Assembly: GCA_030431475.1 (NCBI GenBank)
Contig: JAUIJD010000004.1
Coordinates: 115,194-179,193 of the forward strand
Length of the DNA: 64,000 nt
From: Verrucomicrobiia bacterium
GTDB taxonomy: Bacteria; Verrucomicrobiota; Verrucomicrobiia; Verrucomicrobiales; Akkermansiaceae
Direction: 5' to 3'
Position 1 is the stretch's first letter, and each line of letters begins with the position of its first letter. Both the position numbers and the translations under genes were made by a program. The notes under the pieces are model-generated. The model did not search any database and was not told where the DNA came from. It was given only the letters and a program-made list of their open reading frames with translations. Below, in pieces: positions 48,008 through 56,501 of this stretch.

Positions 48008-49128
48008 AAGTCCTGCAAGTCCTCCCGGAACTGAACTCGGGCGGCGTCGAGCGCGGCACGCTCGAACTCGCCGACCACCTCGCCGCCCGCGGCCACGACT
48101 CCCTCGTCCTGTCCGGAGGAGGTCGGCTGGTCCCGCGCCTGGAATCCGGCGGCAGCCGCCACATCGAGCTCCCCGTCGGCCGCAAATCACTTCGCTCGCT
48201 CACCCTGGTGCCGAAGATCCGGAAGCTCCTCGAGGACGAGCAGCCCGACATCCTGCACCTCCGCTCGCGGGTTCCCGCCTGGCTGTCATGGCTCGCCTGG
48301 AGAAAGCTCGACCCCGGCTCCCGCCCCCGACTGGTGACCACGGTGCACGGCTTCTACTCGGTCAACCGTTGGTCCGAGATCATGACCCGGGGCGAGCGGG
48401 TCATCTGCGTCTCCCAAAGCATCCGGGACTATGTGTTGCGCCACTACCCGCGCACCCCGGAGCACCTGCTCCGGGTCGTTCCGCGCGGCGTCGATCCCGC
48501 GCACTACCGCCACGGCTTCCAGCCTTCCGACGACTGGCGGGAATCCTTCCACGCCGAGTTTCCCGGGACCCGCGGGAAGCGCCTCATCACGCTTCCCGGG
48601 AGAATCACCCGCCTGAAGGGACACGGCGACCTCATCGACATCATGGGGCAGCTTGGCGAACACGCCGATCTGCACGCCCTTGTCGTCGGCGGTGCGCACC
48701 CACGGAAAACATCGTACTTCGATGAAATCCGCGCGCGGGTCGAGGCCGGCGGCCTGGCCGACCGGATCACCTTCACCGGCAACCGGGACGACCTCCGGGA
48801 GATTCTCTCGATCTCGACGCTCGTCCTCTCGCTGACCCGTCAACCGGAGTCCTTCGGTCGCACCACCCTGGAGGCGCTCGCAATGGGAGTGCCCGTCGCC
48901 GGCTACGACCACGGAGGCGTGGGCGAGCAACTCGACGTCCTCTTCCCGCAAGGTCGGATCCCCGCTCTGGACACAGCGGCCGCGGTGACCACGGTCGGCA
49001 CGCTTCTTCGCCAGCCTTTCCGGGTCCAACGTGAGAATCCCTTCACCCTGCAGCGCATGCTGGAGGGCACCGTGGACGTCTACCGCGAACTGCTGGAACC
49101 CGCGCCGCCCGAGTCCACCAGCCGATGA
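48004..49128 (+). CDS. GT4 glycosyltransferase
   Basis: LPELNSGGVERGT, TTVHGFY, GRITRLKGH, PESFGRT.LEALAMG.PV. Confidence 0.9.
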   Translation: MKVLQVLPELNSGGVERGTLELADHLAARGHDSLVLSGGGRLVPRLESGGSRHIELPVGRKSLRSLTLVPKIRKLLEDEQPDILHLRSRVPAWLSWLAWRKLDPGSRPRLVTTVHGFYSVNRWSEIMTRGERVICVSQSIRDYVLRHYPRTPEHLLRVVPRGVDPAHYRHGFQPSDDWRESFHAEFPGTRGKRLITLPGRITRLKGHGDLIDIMGQLGEHADLHALVVGGAHPRKTSYFDEIRARVEAGGLADRITFTGNRDDLREILSISTLVLSLTRQPESFGRTTLEALAMGVPVAGYDHGGVGEQLDVLFPQGRIPALDTAAAVTTVGTLLRQPFRVQRENPFTLQRMLEGTVDVYRELLEPAPPESTSR

Positions 49129-49601
49129 GGCCAGACCGGGAGTTCCTCCCGGCGCGCTCCCACGTAGCCCTCCCAGTTCCCGAGCTTCGCCAGATCCCGC
49201 TTGGCACCGCGTCGCTTCATCCGCCGGCGTCGCTCCTCCGGATCGCACCACACGAAGTGGAGCCACGGCTCGACGCCGAGCCGCTCGCGCAGGCGCCGCG
49301 GCCAGTCCGGGTCAGCCCCCTCGCTGCTGAAGGGCCCGGCGATCACGACCGGGATCACCGGGAGGTTGCTCACCGCCAGATCGAAGAGCGTCTCATAGAC
49401 CGCTTCGCGAAACGCGTCCTTGTAGGCCGCCGAGTCACGGTCGTCGGGATCGAGTCCCGCGAGAGAGAGGCCCGAGGCGACCAGTCGATCCGCCACCTCG
49501 TCGCTGTCCAGCAGGCAGGCACCCAGTTCACCGGCCAGCCGACGCGCCTCGGTTGTCTTGCCGGCCGCCGGGGGGCCGCTCACCACATGACACTCGCGCA
49601 T
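49080..49601 (-). CDS. AAA_33-like P-loop ATPase/kinase
   Basis: VVSGPPAAGKTT Walker A, LLDSD; 49-bp convergent overlap with GT4. Confidence 0.7.
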   Translation of the reverse strand: MRECHVVSGPPAAGKTTEARRLAGELGACLLDSDEVADRLVASGLSLAGLDPDDRDSAAYKDAFREAVYETLFDLAVSNLPVIPVVIAGPFSSEGADPDWPRRLRERLGVEPWLHFVWCDPEERRRRMKRRGAKRDLAKLGNWEGYVGARREELPVWPHRLVDSGGAGSSSSR

Positions 49602-49633
49602 GCCCGGAACCTACCAGACCGGACGGCAGCCGC

Positions 49634-49675
49634 GCATCCTCCATCTGGCATTTAGCATTTGTCATTCGCCATTCA
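49634..49675. repeat. Solitary degenerate heptamer array (NCATYYN) x6
   Basis: GCATCCT CCATCTG GCATTTA GCATTTG TCATTCG CCATTCA, in a divergent intergenic gap. Confidence 0.7.
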
Positions 49676-49692
49676 CCGCGCAGCCTTGCCCC

Positions 49693-50349
49693 GTGGCCGT
49701 GCCCTTCAAACCGCGTTCGCCGCTCTGCGAAAGCCACGCCGAGGAACGGGCCTCGATGTGGAGCCATGCCATCGGCACGCTGATGGCGGTCACGGCGCTG
49801 GTCCTCATGGTCTTCGTCGCCATCGGCGACCCCCGGCGCGTGGTGGCGGCCTCGATTTTCGGGGCCACGCTGGTGCTGCTCTACGGGGCGTCCACCGTCT
49901 ACCACGCCTTCTCCTGCCCGCGCCTCAAGCCCTTCCTCCAGATCATCGACCATGCCGCCATCTATCTCCTGATCGCCGGCTCCTACACGCCGCTCACCCT
50001 GGTCGCGCTGCGGGGTGCCTGGGGCTGGACGCTTTTCGGGATCGTCTGGTTCCTCGCCATCGTCGGAGTCGTGGTCAAGGCCACGATGCGCGGGAAGCGG
50101 GAGACCTGGGGATCCACCGCGCTCTACCTCGCCATGGGGTGGTTGATCATCATCGCCATCCGGCCGCTCCTCGAGGCCTTGCCGCCGGCCGGGATTGCAT
50201 GGCTTGTCGGCGGTGGCATCTGCTACTCGCTCGGGATCATTTTCTTCGTCTGGCAGAGCATGCGCTTCAACCACGCGATCTGGCACCTGTTCGTGATCGC
50301 CGGTAGCACCTGCCACGTCGTCGCCACCACGGCCTACATGCTGCGCTGA
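49693..50349 (+). CDS. Hemolysin III / PAQR family membrane protein (TrhA/YqfA-like)
   Basis: EE.AS.WSH..G, ST.YH, DH.AIYLLIAGSYTP, YL.MGW, HAIWHLFV.AG; start uncertain. Confidence 0.9.
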   Translation: MAVPFKPRSPLCESHAEERASMWSHAIGTLMAVTALVLMVFVAIGDPRRVVAASIFGATLVLLYGASTVYHAFSCPRLKPFLQIIDHAAIYLLIAGSYTPLTLVALRGAWGWTLFGIVWFLAIVGVVVKATMRGKRETWGSTALYLAMGWLIIIAIRPLLEALPPAGIAWLVGGGICYSLGIIFFVWQSMRFNHAIWHLFVIAGSTCHVVATTAYMLR

Positions 50350-50358
50350 GATCCTGGC

Positions 50359-51177
50359 ATGCCCGAGCTCCCCGAAGTCGAGACCACCCGGCGGGGCATC
50401 GAGCCCCACCTGCTGGACCGTGCGTTCACCTCCATCCAGGTCCGTGAAACGCGCCTCCGGCATCCCGTTCCGGAAACCATCGAGCAACTCGCCGGACACC
50501 GCACGACCGCCGTCCGGCGCCGGGGGAAATACCTCATCGTCGACCTCGACCGGGGCGGTTCCCTGATCATCCATCTCGGGATGTCCGGCAGCCTCCGGAT
50601 CGCCGGAGAGGGCGATGAGCTCCGCAAGCACGATCACGTGATCTTCGGCCTGCCCGGCGGGCTCCAGCTCCGCTATCACGACCCGCGCCGGTTCGGGCTC
50701 GTGCTGCACGTCGCCGCCGGGGATCCGCTGGAGCATCCCCTGCTCCGGTCACTCGGACCCGAACCGCTTTCCGACGCCTTCGATGCGTCCGTTCTCCACG
50801 CCGCCTGCCGTCGTCGCTCGGCGCCCATCAAGCAGGTCATCATGGACGCCTCGGTCGTCGTCGGCGTCGGCAACATCTACGCCAGCGAGTCCCTGTTCCA
50901 CGCCGGCATCCGCCCCCGCACCGCCGCCCGCCGGGTCAGCCGCCCCCGGCTCGACCGGCTGGTCGAAGCGATCCGCAAGGTGCTGGCCGCCTCGATCGAA
51001 CAGGGCGGCACCACCCTGCGTGATTTTGTCAACAGCGACGGCGAACCCGGCTACTTCAGGCAGAAGCTCTACGTCTACGAACGCGCGGGCGATCCGTGCC
51101 GCAACTGCGGCGCTCCCATTCGCCACGCCGTCCTCGGCCAGCGGGCCACCTACTGGTGCGCGAACTGCCAGCGATGA
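50359..51177 (+). CDS. mutM: Formamidopyrimidine-DNA glycosylase
   Basis: MPELPEVET, RRGKYL, HLGMSG, DPRRFG, GVGNIYA.E, C-terminal CxxC..CxxC zinc finger. Confidence 0.97.
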   Translation: MPELPEVETTRRGIEPHLLDRAFTSIQVRETRLRHPVPETIEQLAGHRTTAVRRRGKYLIVDLDRGGSLIIHLGMSGSLRIAGEGDELRKHDHVIFGLPGGLQLRYHDPRRFGLVLHVAAGDPLEHPLLRSLGPEPLSDAFDASVLHAACRRRSAPIKQVIMDASVVVGVGNIYASESLFHAGIRPRTAARRVSRPRLDRLVEAIRKVLAASIEQGGTTLRDFVNSDGEPGYFRQKLYVYERAGDPCRNCGAPIRHAVLGQRATYWCANCQR

Positions 51178-51183
51178 ACGCTC

Positions 51184-52251
51184 CTACTCGGAGAGGATCG
51201 CCGCAGCGGTGAGCTCGGCGAAGGTGCCGGTGGCGCCGATGAAGTGGATCGTCCGATCGGCCCCGAGAACATACGCCGTCGGGCGAACGCCGATGCGATA
51301 GACCTTGGCCAGCTCTCCGGAGGGATCCGAAAAATTCGGCCAGTCGACGACGCCGTCGCGCTGAAGCTTCCGTAGGTCCGAGTTGGGCCCGGTGTGGACG
51401 CCGATCACCTCGAACTGCTTGCCCGCGAAGCGCTCGTCCCGGCGCAACGCACCCACCCAGTCAAAAAGCCCGTTGTCGTCGGACCCCACCGACTCCCAGA
51501 AGATCAGCAGGCGCACCTTGCCGTCGTAGCCTGACAACTTCATCGGACGTCCACCGGAGTCCTGTCCCGTCAGCTCCGGGGCGGTCGCTCCCTTGGTCAG
51601 GTTCATGATGATGTAGAGCTCCTCTTCGGCGAGTTCCGCGACCGACACCCCGTCGATCTTCACATCGGCGGCATCGATGATCGCACGCCGCAGCATGCTC
51701 AGGCGCTCGCCCATGATCCGCGGGTCGTCGGCCACCGCCTTGGCCAGCATCGCCACGCCCAGGGCCGCGACCCCGGCCACTTCCTTGTGCGGATTCTCGT
51801 TGGCGATCCGTCGCAGCAGCTCGAGCGACTCGTTGCCGCCGCAGGCCACCAGACCCATGCAGGCCGATGGCAGCTCCTTGCTCTCGATGTGATACCGGTC
51901 CAGCGCCTTGCGCACCTTCGCCACCTCGGCACGCATCGCCGGCTGGGCTTCCCCCCTTTCATTCTCCTCGGTGAGGGATCCCACCACGCGCAGGAACCAT
52001 CCCGCCGGGTCGACCGTCCATTCCTTCTCGAGGTCGCCCGCGATCACCGCCCACATTCGCTTCCCGGCCTCAAGCGGGTCGGGCCGCGACTTCGCGAGCT
52101 CCAGTTTCTCCGCGTCCGTCTTCGCAAGCTTCATCTTGATCTCGAAAGCCTCGGCGCGTTTCTCGAAGGCCGTCCGGACGGCCTCCGCCTGCGAAGGCGT
52201 GCCCGCCATCGCGGTCGAAATCATGAACAGCAGGGCGACAAGGAGACGCAT
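51184..52251 (-). CDS. Exported protein with a C-terminal TlpA/redoxin-like domain lacking CxxC
   Basis: Signal peptide; G..APEL.G.D..G..MKLS.Y.GKV.LL.FW, WPNF.D, Y.I...PT.YVL. Confidence 0.65.
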   Translation of the reverse strand: MRLLVALLFMISTAMAGTPSQAEAVRTAFEKRAEAFEIKMKLAKTDAEKLELAKSRPDPLEAGKRMWAVIAGDLEKEWTVDPAGWFLRVVGSLTEENERGEAQPAMRAEVAKVRKALDRYHIESKELPSACMGLVACGGNESLELLRRIANENPHKEVAGVAALGVAMLAKAVADDPRIMGERLSMLRRAIIDAADVKIDGVSVAELAEEELYIIMNLTKGATAPELTGQDSGGRPMKLSGYDGKVRLLIFWESVGSDDNGLFDWVGALRRDERFAGKQFEVIGVHTGPNSDLRKLQRDGVVDWPNFSDPSGELAKVYRIGVRPTAYVLGADRTIHFIGATGTFAELTAAAILSE

Positions 52252-52343
52252 GGCGGCACCCTAGGGCGAGGGTTCGAACCTGACAAGCCCCCGCCCTTCC
52301 CGCACTTGCGGTGCCGCGCCCCCTCCCCTTTACTCTCCGCCCG

Positions 52344-52637
52344 ATGTCCACTCACCACATCGACGTCCGCTACGTCGCCGAACTCGCCCGCCTCGAACTC
52401 ACCGAGGAGGAGTGCGAGCAATTCCAGCCCCAGCTCGACGCCATCCTCAGCTACGCCGAAAGCCTTTCGCAGCTCGATCTCGAGGGCATCGAACCCATGG
52501 CCCACCCGGTACCCGTCCACGACGTGATGCGCGACGACCTCCCCCACACGAGCCTCGACCGCGACGCGGTGCTCGCCAACGCCCCCGACCAGGCCCAGTC
52601 GCAGATCCGCGTCCCGAAGGTCATCGCCGACGCCTGA
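52344..52637 (+). CDS. gatC: Asp/Glu-tRNA amidotransferase subunit C
   Basis: V.YVAELARLEL, VMRDD, L.NAP, VPKVI. Confidence 0.93.
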   Translation: MSTHHIDVRYVAELARLELTEEECEQFQPQLDAILSYAESLSQLDLEGIEPMAHPVPVHDVMRDDLPHTSLDRDAVLANAPDQAQSQIRVPKVIADA

Positions 52638-52679
52638 GACGAGACATCCGACGACAATCCCCGGTCCCTTTCCCGCACC

Positions 52680-54110
52680 ATGTCCCTCGCCACCGCCTCC
52701 ATCCGCGACCTCAGGCAACGCCTCACCGCCGGTGAAATCCATCCCTCCGACATTCTCAACGATCTCGCCTCGGCCATCGGCGCCCGCGACGCCGAGGTGG
52801 GCGCCTACCTTTCCCACAACCTCGACGAGGCCCGGGCCGCCGCCGACAAGGCGGACCTTTCCCGTCCCCTCGGTGGAGTTCCGGTGGCCCTGAAGGACAA
52901 CATCAACGCCCTCGGCCAGCCCTGCACCTGCGGCTCCCGCTATCTCGAGAAGGGCTACACCTCTCCCTACGACGCAACCGTCACCGCCCGCCTCAAGGCC
53001 GCCGGAGCGATCCCCTTCGGCCGGCTGAACATGGACGAGTTCGCGATGGGATCCGCCACCGAGAACTCCGCCCTCGGGAAGACGGTCAACCCCCACGCCC
53101 ACGATCGCATCCCCGGAGGCTCCTCCGGCGGGTCCGCGGCCGCGGTGGCCGCCGGCACCGCCATCGCCGCCCTCGGCTCCGATACCGGCGGCTCGATCCG
53201 CCAGCCCGCCTCCCACTGCGGCGTGGTCGGCCTCAAGCCGTCCTACGGCCGCGTCTCGCGCTACGGTCTGGTCGCCTTCGCCTCGTCGCTCGACCAGATC
53301 GGTCCGGTCACGCGCAGCGTCGAGGATGCGGCCCTCCTGCTTCAGGCGATCGCCGGTCACGACCCCGCCGATTCGACCTCCCTCGACGCCGCCGTTCCCG
53401 ACTTCTCGGCCGGTCTCGACCAGGGCGTCGCCGGTCTCAAGCTCGGCCTGCCGAAGGAGTATTTCGGCGAGGGCATCGATCCCGAGGTCCGCGCCCGTGT
53501 CGAGGAACGGGCGAGGGCCCTCGAAGCCGCCGGGGCCGAGATCGTGGAGATCTCGCTTCCCCACACCGAGCACGCGGTCGCCACCTACTACATCATCGCC
53601 CCGGCCGAAGCCTCGTCGAACCTCGCGCGCTTCGACGGCGTCCGCTACGGTCACCGCAGTCGTGAGGCCGAAGACCTCCTCGACCTCTACAAGAAATCTC
53701 GGGAGGAAGGTTTCGGCGCCGAGGTCAAACGTCGCATCCTGCTCGGAACCTACGTCCTTTCGTCCGGCTACTACGACGCCTTCTACAACCGCGCCCAGAA
53801 GGTCCGCACCCTGATCCGGCGCGACTTCAGCGAGGCCTTCGAGAAGGTCGATGCCATCCTCTCTCCGGTTGCCCCCTCACCCGCCCGCCGGATCGGCGAG
53901 AACAGCGACGACCCGCTCAAGGATTACCTTTCCGACATCTACACCATCGCCGCCAACCTCGCCGGGATCTGCGCGATCTCGGTCCCGGCCGGCACGGTGG
54001 AAAATGACGGAGTATCCCTTCCCGTCGGCCTCCAGATCCTCGCCCCCCACCTCGGCGAGGCCACGCTTCTCCGGATCGCGAAGGCGGCGGAGGGAGTGGC
54101 GCTCGCCTGA
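52680..54110 (+). CDS. gatA: Asp/Glu-tRNA amidotransferase subunit A
   Basis: ALKDNI, NMDEFAMGS, GGSSGGSAAAV, GSDTGGSIRQPA, EVKRRILLGTYVLSSGYYDAFY. Confidence 0.97.
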   Translation: MSLATASIRDLRQRLTAGEIHPSDILNDLASAIGARDAEVGAYLSHNLDEARAAADKADLSRPLGGVPVALKDNINALGQPCTCGSRYLEKGYTSPYDATVTARLKAAGAIPFGRLNMDEFAMGSATENSALGKTVNPHAHDRIPGGSSGGSAAAVAAGTAIAALGSDTGGSIRQPASHCGVVGLKPSYGRVSRYGLVAFASSLDQIGPVTRSVEDAALLLQAIAGHDPADSTSLDAAVPDFSAGLDQGVAGLKLGLPKEYFGEGIDPEVRARVEERARALEAAGAEIVEISLPHTEHAVATYYIIAPAEASSNLARFDGVRYGHRSREAEDLLDLYKKSREEGFGAEVKRRILLGTYVLSSGYYDAFYNRAQKVRTLIRRDFSEAFEKVDAILSPVAPSPARRIGENSDDPLKDYLSDIYTIAANLAGICAISVPAGTVENDGVSLPVGLQILAPHLGEATLLRIAKAAEGVALA

Positions 54111-54182
54111 GCGCCATGCGCCGGGTCGCCGGCATTCCGCCGGCGGTGGCGACTCAAGCGGCTCGAAAGCCGCCCGCCCGGC

Positions 54183-54656
54183 TCATGGCGCTTGCAAAGC
54201 GCCACTCCACCGCTTCTCGAGCATCTCCCGTCGGAAGCGGAAGATCCGCTCCAGCTTCTTCCTGACGAAGAGGCCATGGGCGATCGCCCCGAACGGGCCC
54301 ATCGGCAGCGCGTAGTGCACCAGGTCGTGCATCCGCACGCCTCCGTCGGTCGCCTCGAAGTGGTGGCGGTGATGCCAGAACTTGTAGGGCCCGAAACGCT
54401 GCTCGTCGATGAAGGCCACCCCCTCCTCGACCGCCTTGATCTCGGTCACCCACGGGATCCACACCCCCGGCGCCACCATCACCTTGTAAGTGATGATCTG
54501 GCCCTCGTGCATGGTCTCCGAATGCAGCGACTCGATCTTGAAGCCCAGCTCGTCCGGCGTGATCGCGTCGAGGTTGCGGGGCGAGGAAAAGAACGCCCAC
54601 GCCTCCTCCGGGGAAATCGGCAGGTCCTGCGTTTGCTCGAGCACGTGGATCTTCAT
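54183..54656 (-). CDS. SRPBCC family protein
   Basis: LPIS.EEAWAFFS.PRNL..ITP, W.TEI, F.DEQRFGPYKFWHH.H.F. Confidence 0.88.
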   Translation of the reverse strand: MKIHVLEQTQDLPISPEEAWAFFSSPRNLDAITPDELGFKIESLHSETMHEGQIITYKVMVAPGVWIPWVTEIKAVEEGVAFIDEQRFGPYKFWHHRHHFEATDGGVRMHDLVHYALPMGPFGAIAHGLFVRKKLERIFRFRREMLEKRWSGALQAP

Positions 54657-54695
54657 CGGCGCCGGAAACTGGCACCGGCCTCGGAACCCGCAAAT

Positions 54696-55391
54696 TCAGA
54701 ATACCCCGGACAACTGCATCAACCCGGCGAACACGACCAGGATCGCACCCGCGAGCAGGAGGATCTGGAAGGCCCTTCCCGGCTCCCTTCGCCGTTGTGC
54801 CAGGATCCCGGCCACCACCGCAGCTGACCCGGCAAGGATCACCAGCAGAGCCGAAGCGAGCGCCGCCCAGGGGTCCGGCGTTCGCCCCGTCAAGACCGTC
54901 GCAAGCAAGCCGGTGACAGGGGGGATCCCCAGCAATCCGACGCAACCGACACCCGTGAAAAACGGGGGCTGGCGGGGACGCTCGACATCACGCCAGTCGC
55001 CCCCGACCACTTCCTCGAGATCCTCAACACTCCGGCGCCACACCCATGCCCACGCCTCCACTTCCGGCGGGTGAAGACAGTCCCACACCTCGGTCGCACC
55101 GGCTTGCTCGACCTTGATCCGGCGGCGTTCGTACTCGGTTCCTTCCAGGGTTCCCGGACGGATGCCCTCGAACTCATCCAGGCGTGCCAACAGGTCGGCA
55201 TCGACCTCGTAGACATCGCCTACCACCCGCGGGCCCGCTTCCGGGACCAATCCCGGATACCACGAGACCTGATAGAGCCGCCCCCGAACCACTCCGGTGC
55301 CGACCCACTCCGCCCCCTTCATCCGGTGGTGATTCGAGGCCCCCACCCGCAGCGTGCCGTAGACGAAAACCAGCTCAGCTTCCTCGTTCAT
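54696..55391 (-). CDS. Gamma-glutamylcyclotransferase (AIG2-like) with C-terminal TM helices
   Basis: VFVYGTLR, G.LY....YPGL, V.G.VYEV, LDEFEG, Y.R; hydrophobic tail. Confidence 0.75.
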   Translation of the reverse strand: MNEEAELVFVYGTLRVGASNHHRMKGAEWVGTGVVRGRLYQVSWYPGLVPEAGPRVVGDVYEVDADLLARLDEFEGIRPGTLEGTEYERRRIKVEQAGATEVWDCLHPPEVEAWAWVWRRSVEDLEEVVGGDWRDVERPRQPPFFTGVGCVGLLGIPPVTGLLATVLTGRTPDPWAALASALLVILAGSAAVVAGILAQRRREPGRAFQILLLAGAILVVFAGLMQLSGVF

Positions 55392-55429
55392 CGACTCATG
55401 GGCGAGGTGGCTCCCACCCCGGCGAAGAC

Positions 55430-56476
55430 TCACGCCCGGTAGCCGACACTTTCATCGAGGTAGGCGCGCAATTCGTCGAGCCCCTCCTCCATCTCCGCCG
55501 AGATCGCGATGACCTTCACCTTCGGAAACCGCGCCTTGAAGACCGCCAGATTGTCCTCCGCGCCCTCGAGGTCCATCTTGTTGGCGATCACGATCCACGG
55601 GAAGGCTCCGAGTTCCTCGTCATACTCGCGCACCTCCTTGCGGAGGATCTCGAGATCGGAGATCGGGTCGCGACCTTCACTGCCGGCCATGTCGAGGACG
55701 AAGAGCAAGGTCCGGCAGCGGGTGATGTGTCGGAGAAACTCGTGCCCCAGCCCGCGGTTCTCGTGCGCCCCCTCGATCAATCCGGGGATGTCCGCCACGG
55801 TGCATCGCCGGAAGTCGTCGAACTTCACCACCCCCACCACCGGCTGCAGGGTTGTGAAGGGGTAGTTCGCCACCTTCGGCTTGGCCGCCGAAAGCTTGCC
55901 GATGAGCGTCGACTTGCCGGCATTGGGAAACCCGACGAGACCCGCATCCGCGATCCGCCGCAGTTCGAGGTAGAACACCCCCCGGTCGCCCTCCGTGCCC
56001 GGCGTGTTCTCGGTCGGCGTCTGGTTGGTCGCCGACTTGAAATGCGTGTTGCCCTTGCCGCCGATCCCCCCCTCGCAGAGCACGAATTCCTGCCCCTCCT
56101 CCGTCAGGTCCGCCACCGGCTCCAGATCAATGCCCTCCTCGCTGCGTTCCAGCGCAACCGCCTCACGCACGTCCTCGACCGGGGCGCGGTAGACCACCGT
56201 GCCCGGCGGCACCCGTCCGATCTTGCTCTTGCCCTTCCGTCCGCTGCGCTTGTAGCGGCTGCCGTGCTGACCGTCCTCGGCGACCAGCTTCGGATCGAAG
56301 TGATACTGCCGCAGGTTGTCGGTCGAGGGATCCACCTTGAGGATCACCTGGCCGCCGTCGCCGCCGTCGCCGCCGTCCGGGCCACCGCGGGGGACGAACT
56401 TCTCCCGTCGGAAGGAAACGTGCCCGTTTCCCCCGTCGCCGGCTCTGGCAAAGATGCGGATGTGGTCGATGAACAT
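55430..56476 (-). CDS. obgE: GTPase Obg/CgtA
   Basis: GDGGNG..SFRREKFVPRGGPDGGDGG, GLVGFPNAGKST, YPFTTL, DIPGLIEGA, NKMD. Confidence 0.97.
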   Translation of the reverse strand: MFIDHIRIFARAGDGGNGHVSFRREKFVPRGGPDGGDGGDGGQVILKVDPSTDNLRQYHFDPKLVAEDGQHGSRYKRSGRKGKSKIGRVPPGTVVYRAPVEDVREAVALERSEEGIDLEPVADLTEEGQEFVLCEGGIGGKGNTHFKSATNQTPTENTPGTEGDRGVFYLELRRIADAGLVGFPNAGKSTLIGKLSAAKPKVANYPFTTLQPVVGVVKFDDFRRCTVADIPGLIEGAHENRGLGHEFLRHITRCRTLLFVLDMAGSEGRDPISDLEILRKEVREYDEELGAFPWIVIANKMDLEGAEDNLAVFKARFPKVKVIAISAEMEEGLDELRAYLDESVGYRA

Positions 56477-56501
56477 GCTGTGGCCCGTCGAGTTGCGCGA
56501 A

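Noticed and set aside
52311-54110. gatCA without gatB; rpmI-rplT without infC
   Set aside because: Split operons are common, and the missing genes are probably elsewhere in the genome. Absence from this window is not evidence of loss.
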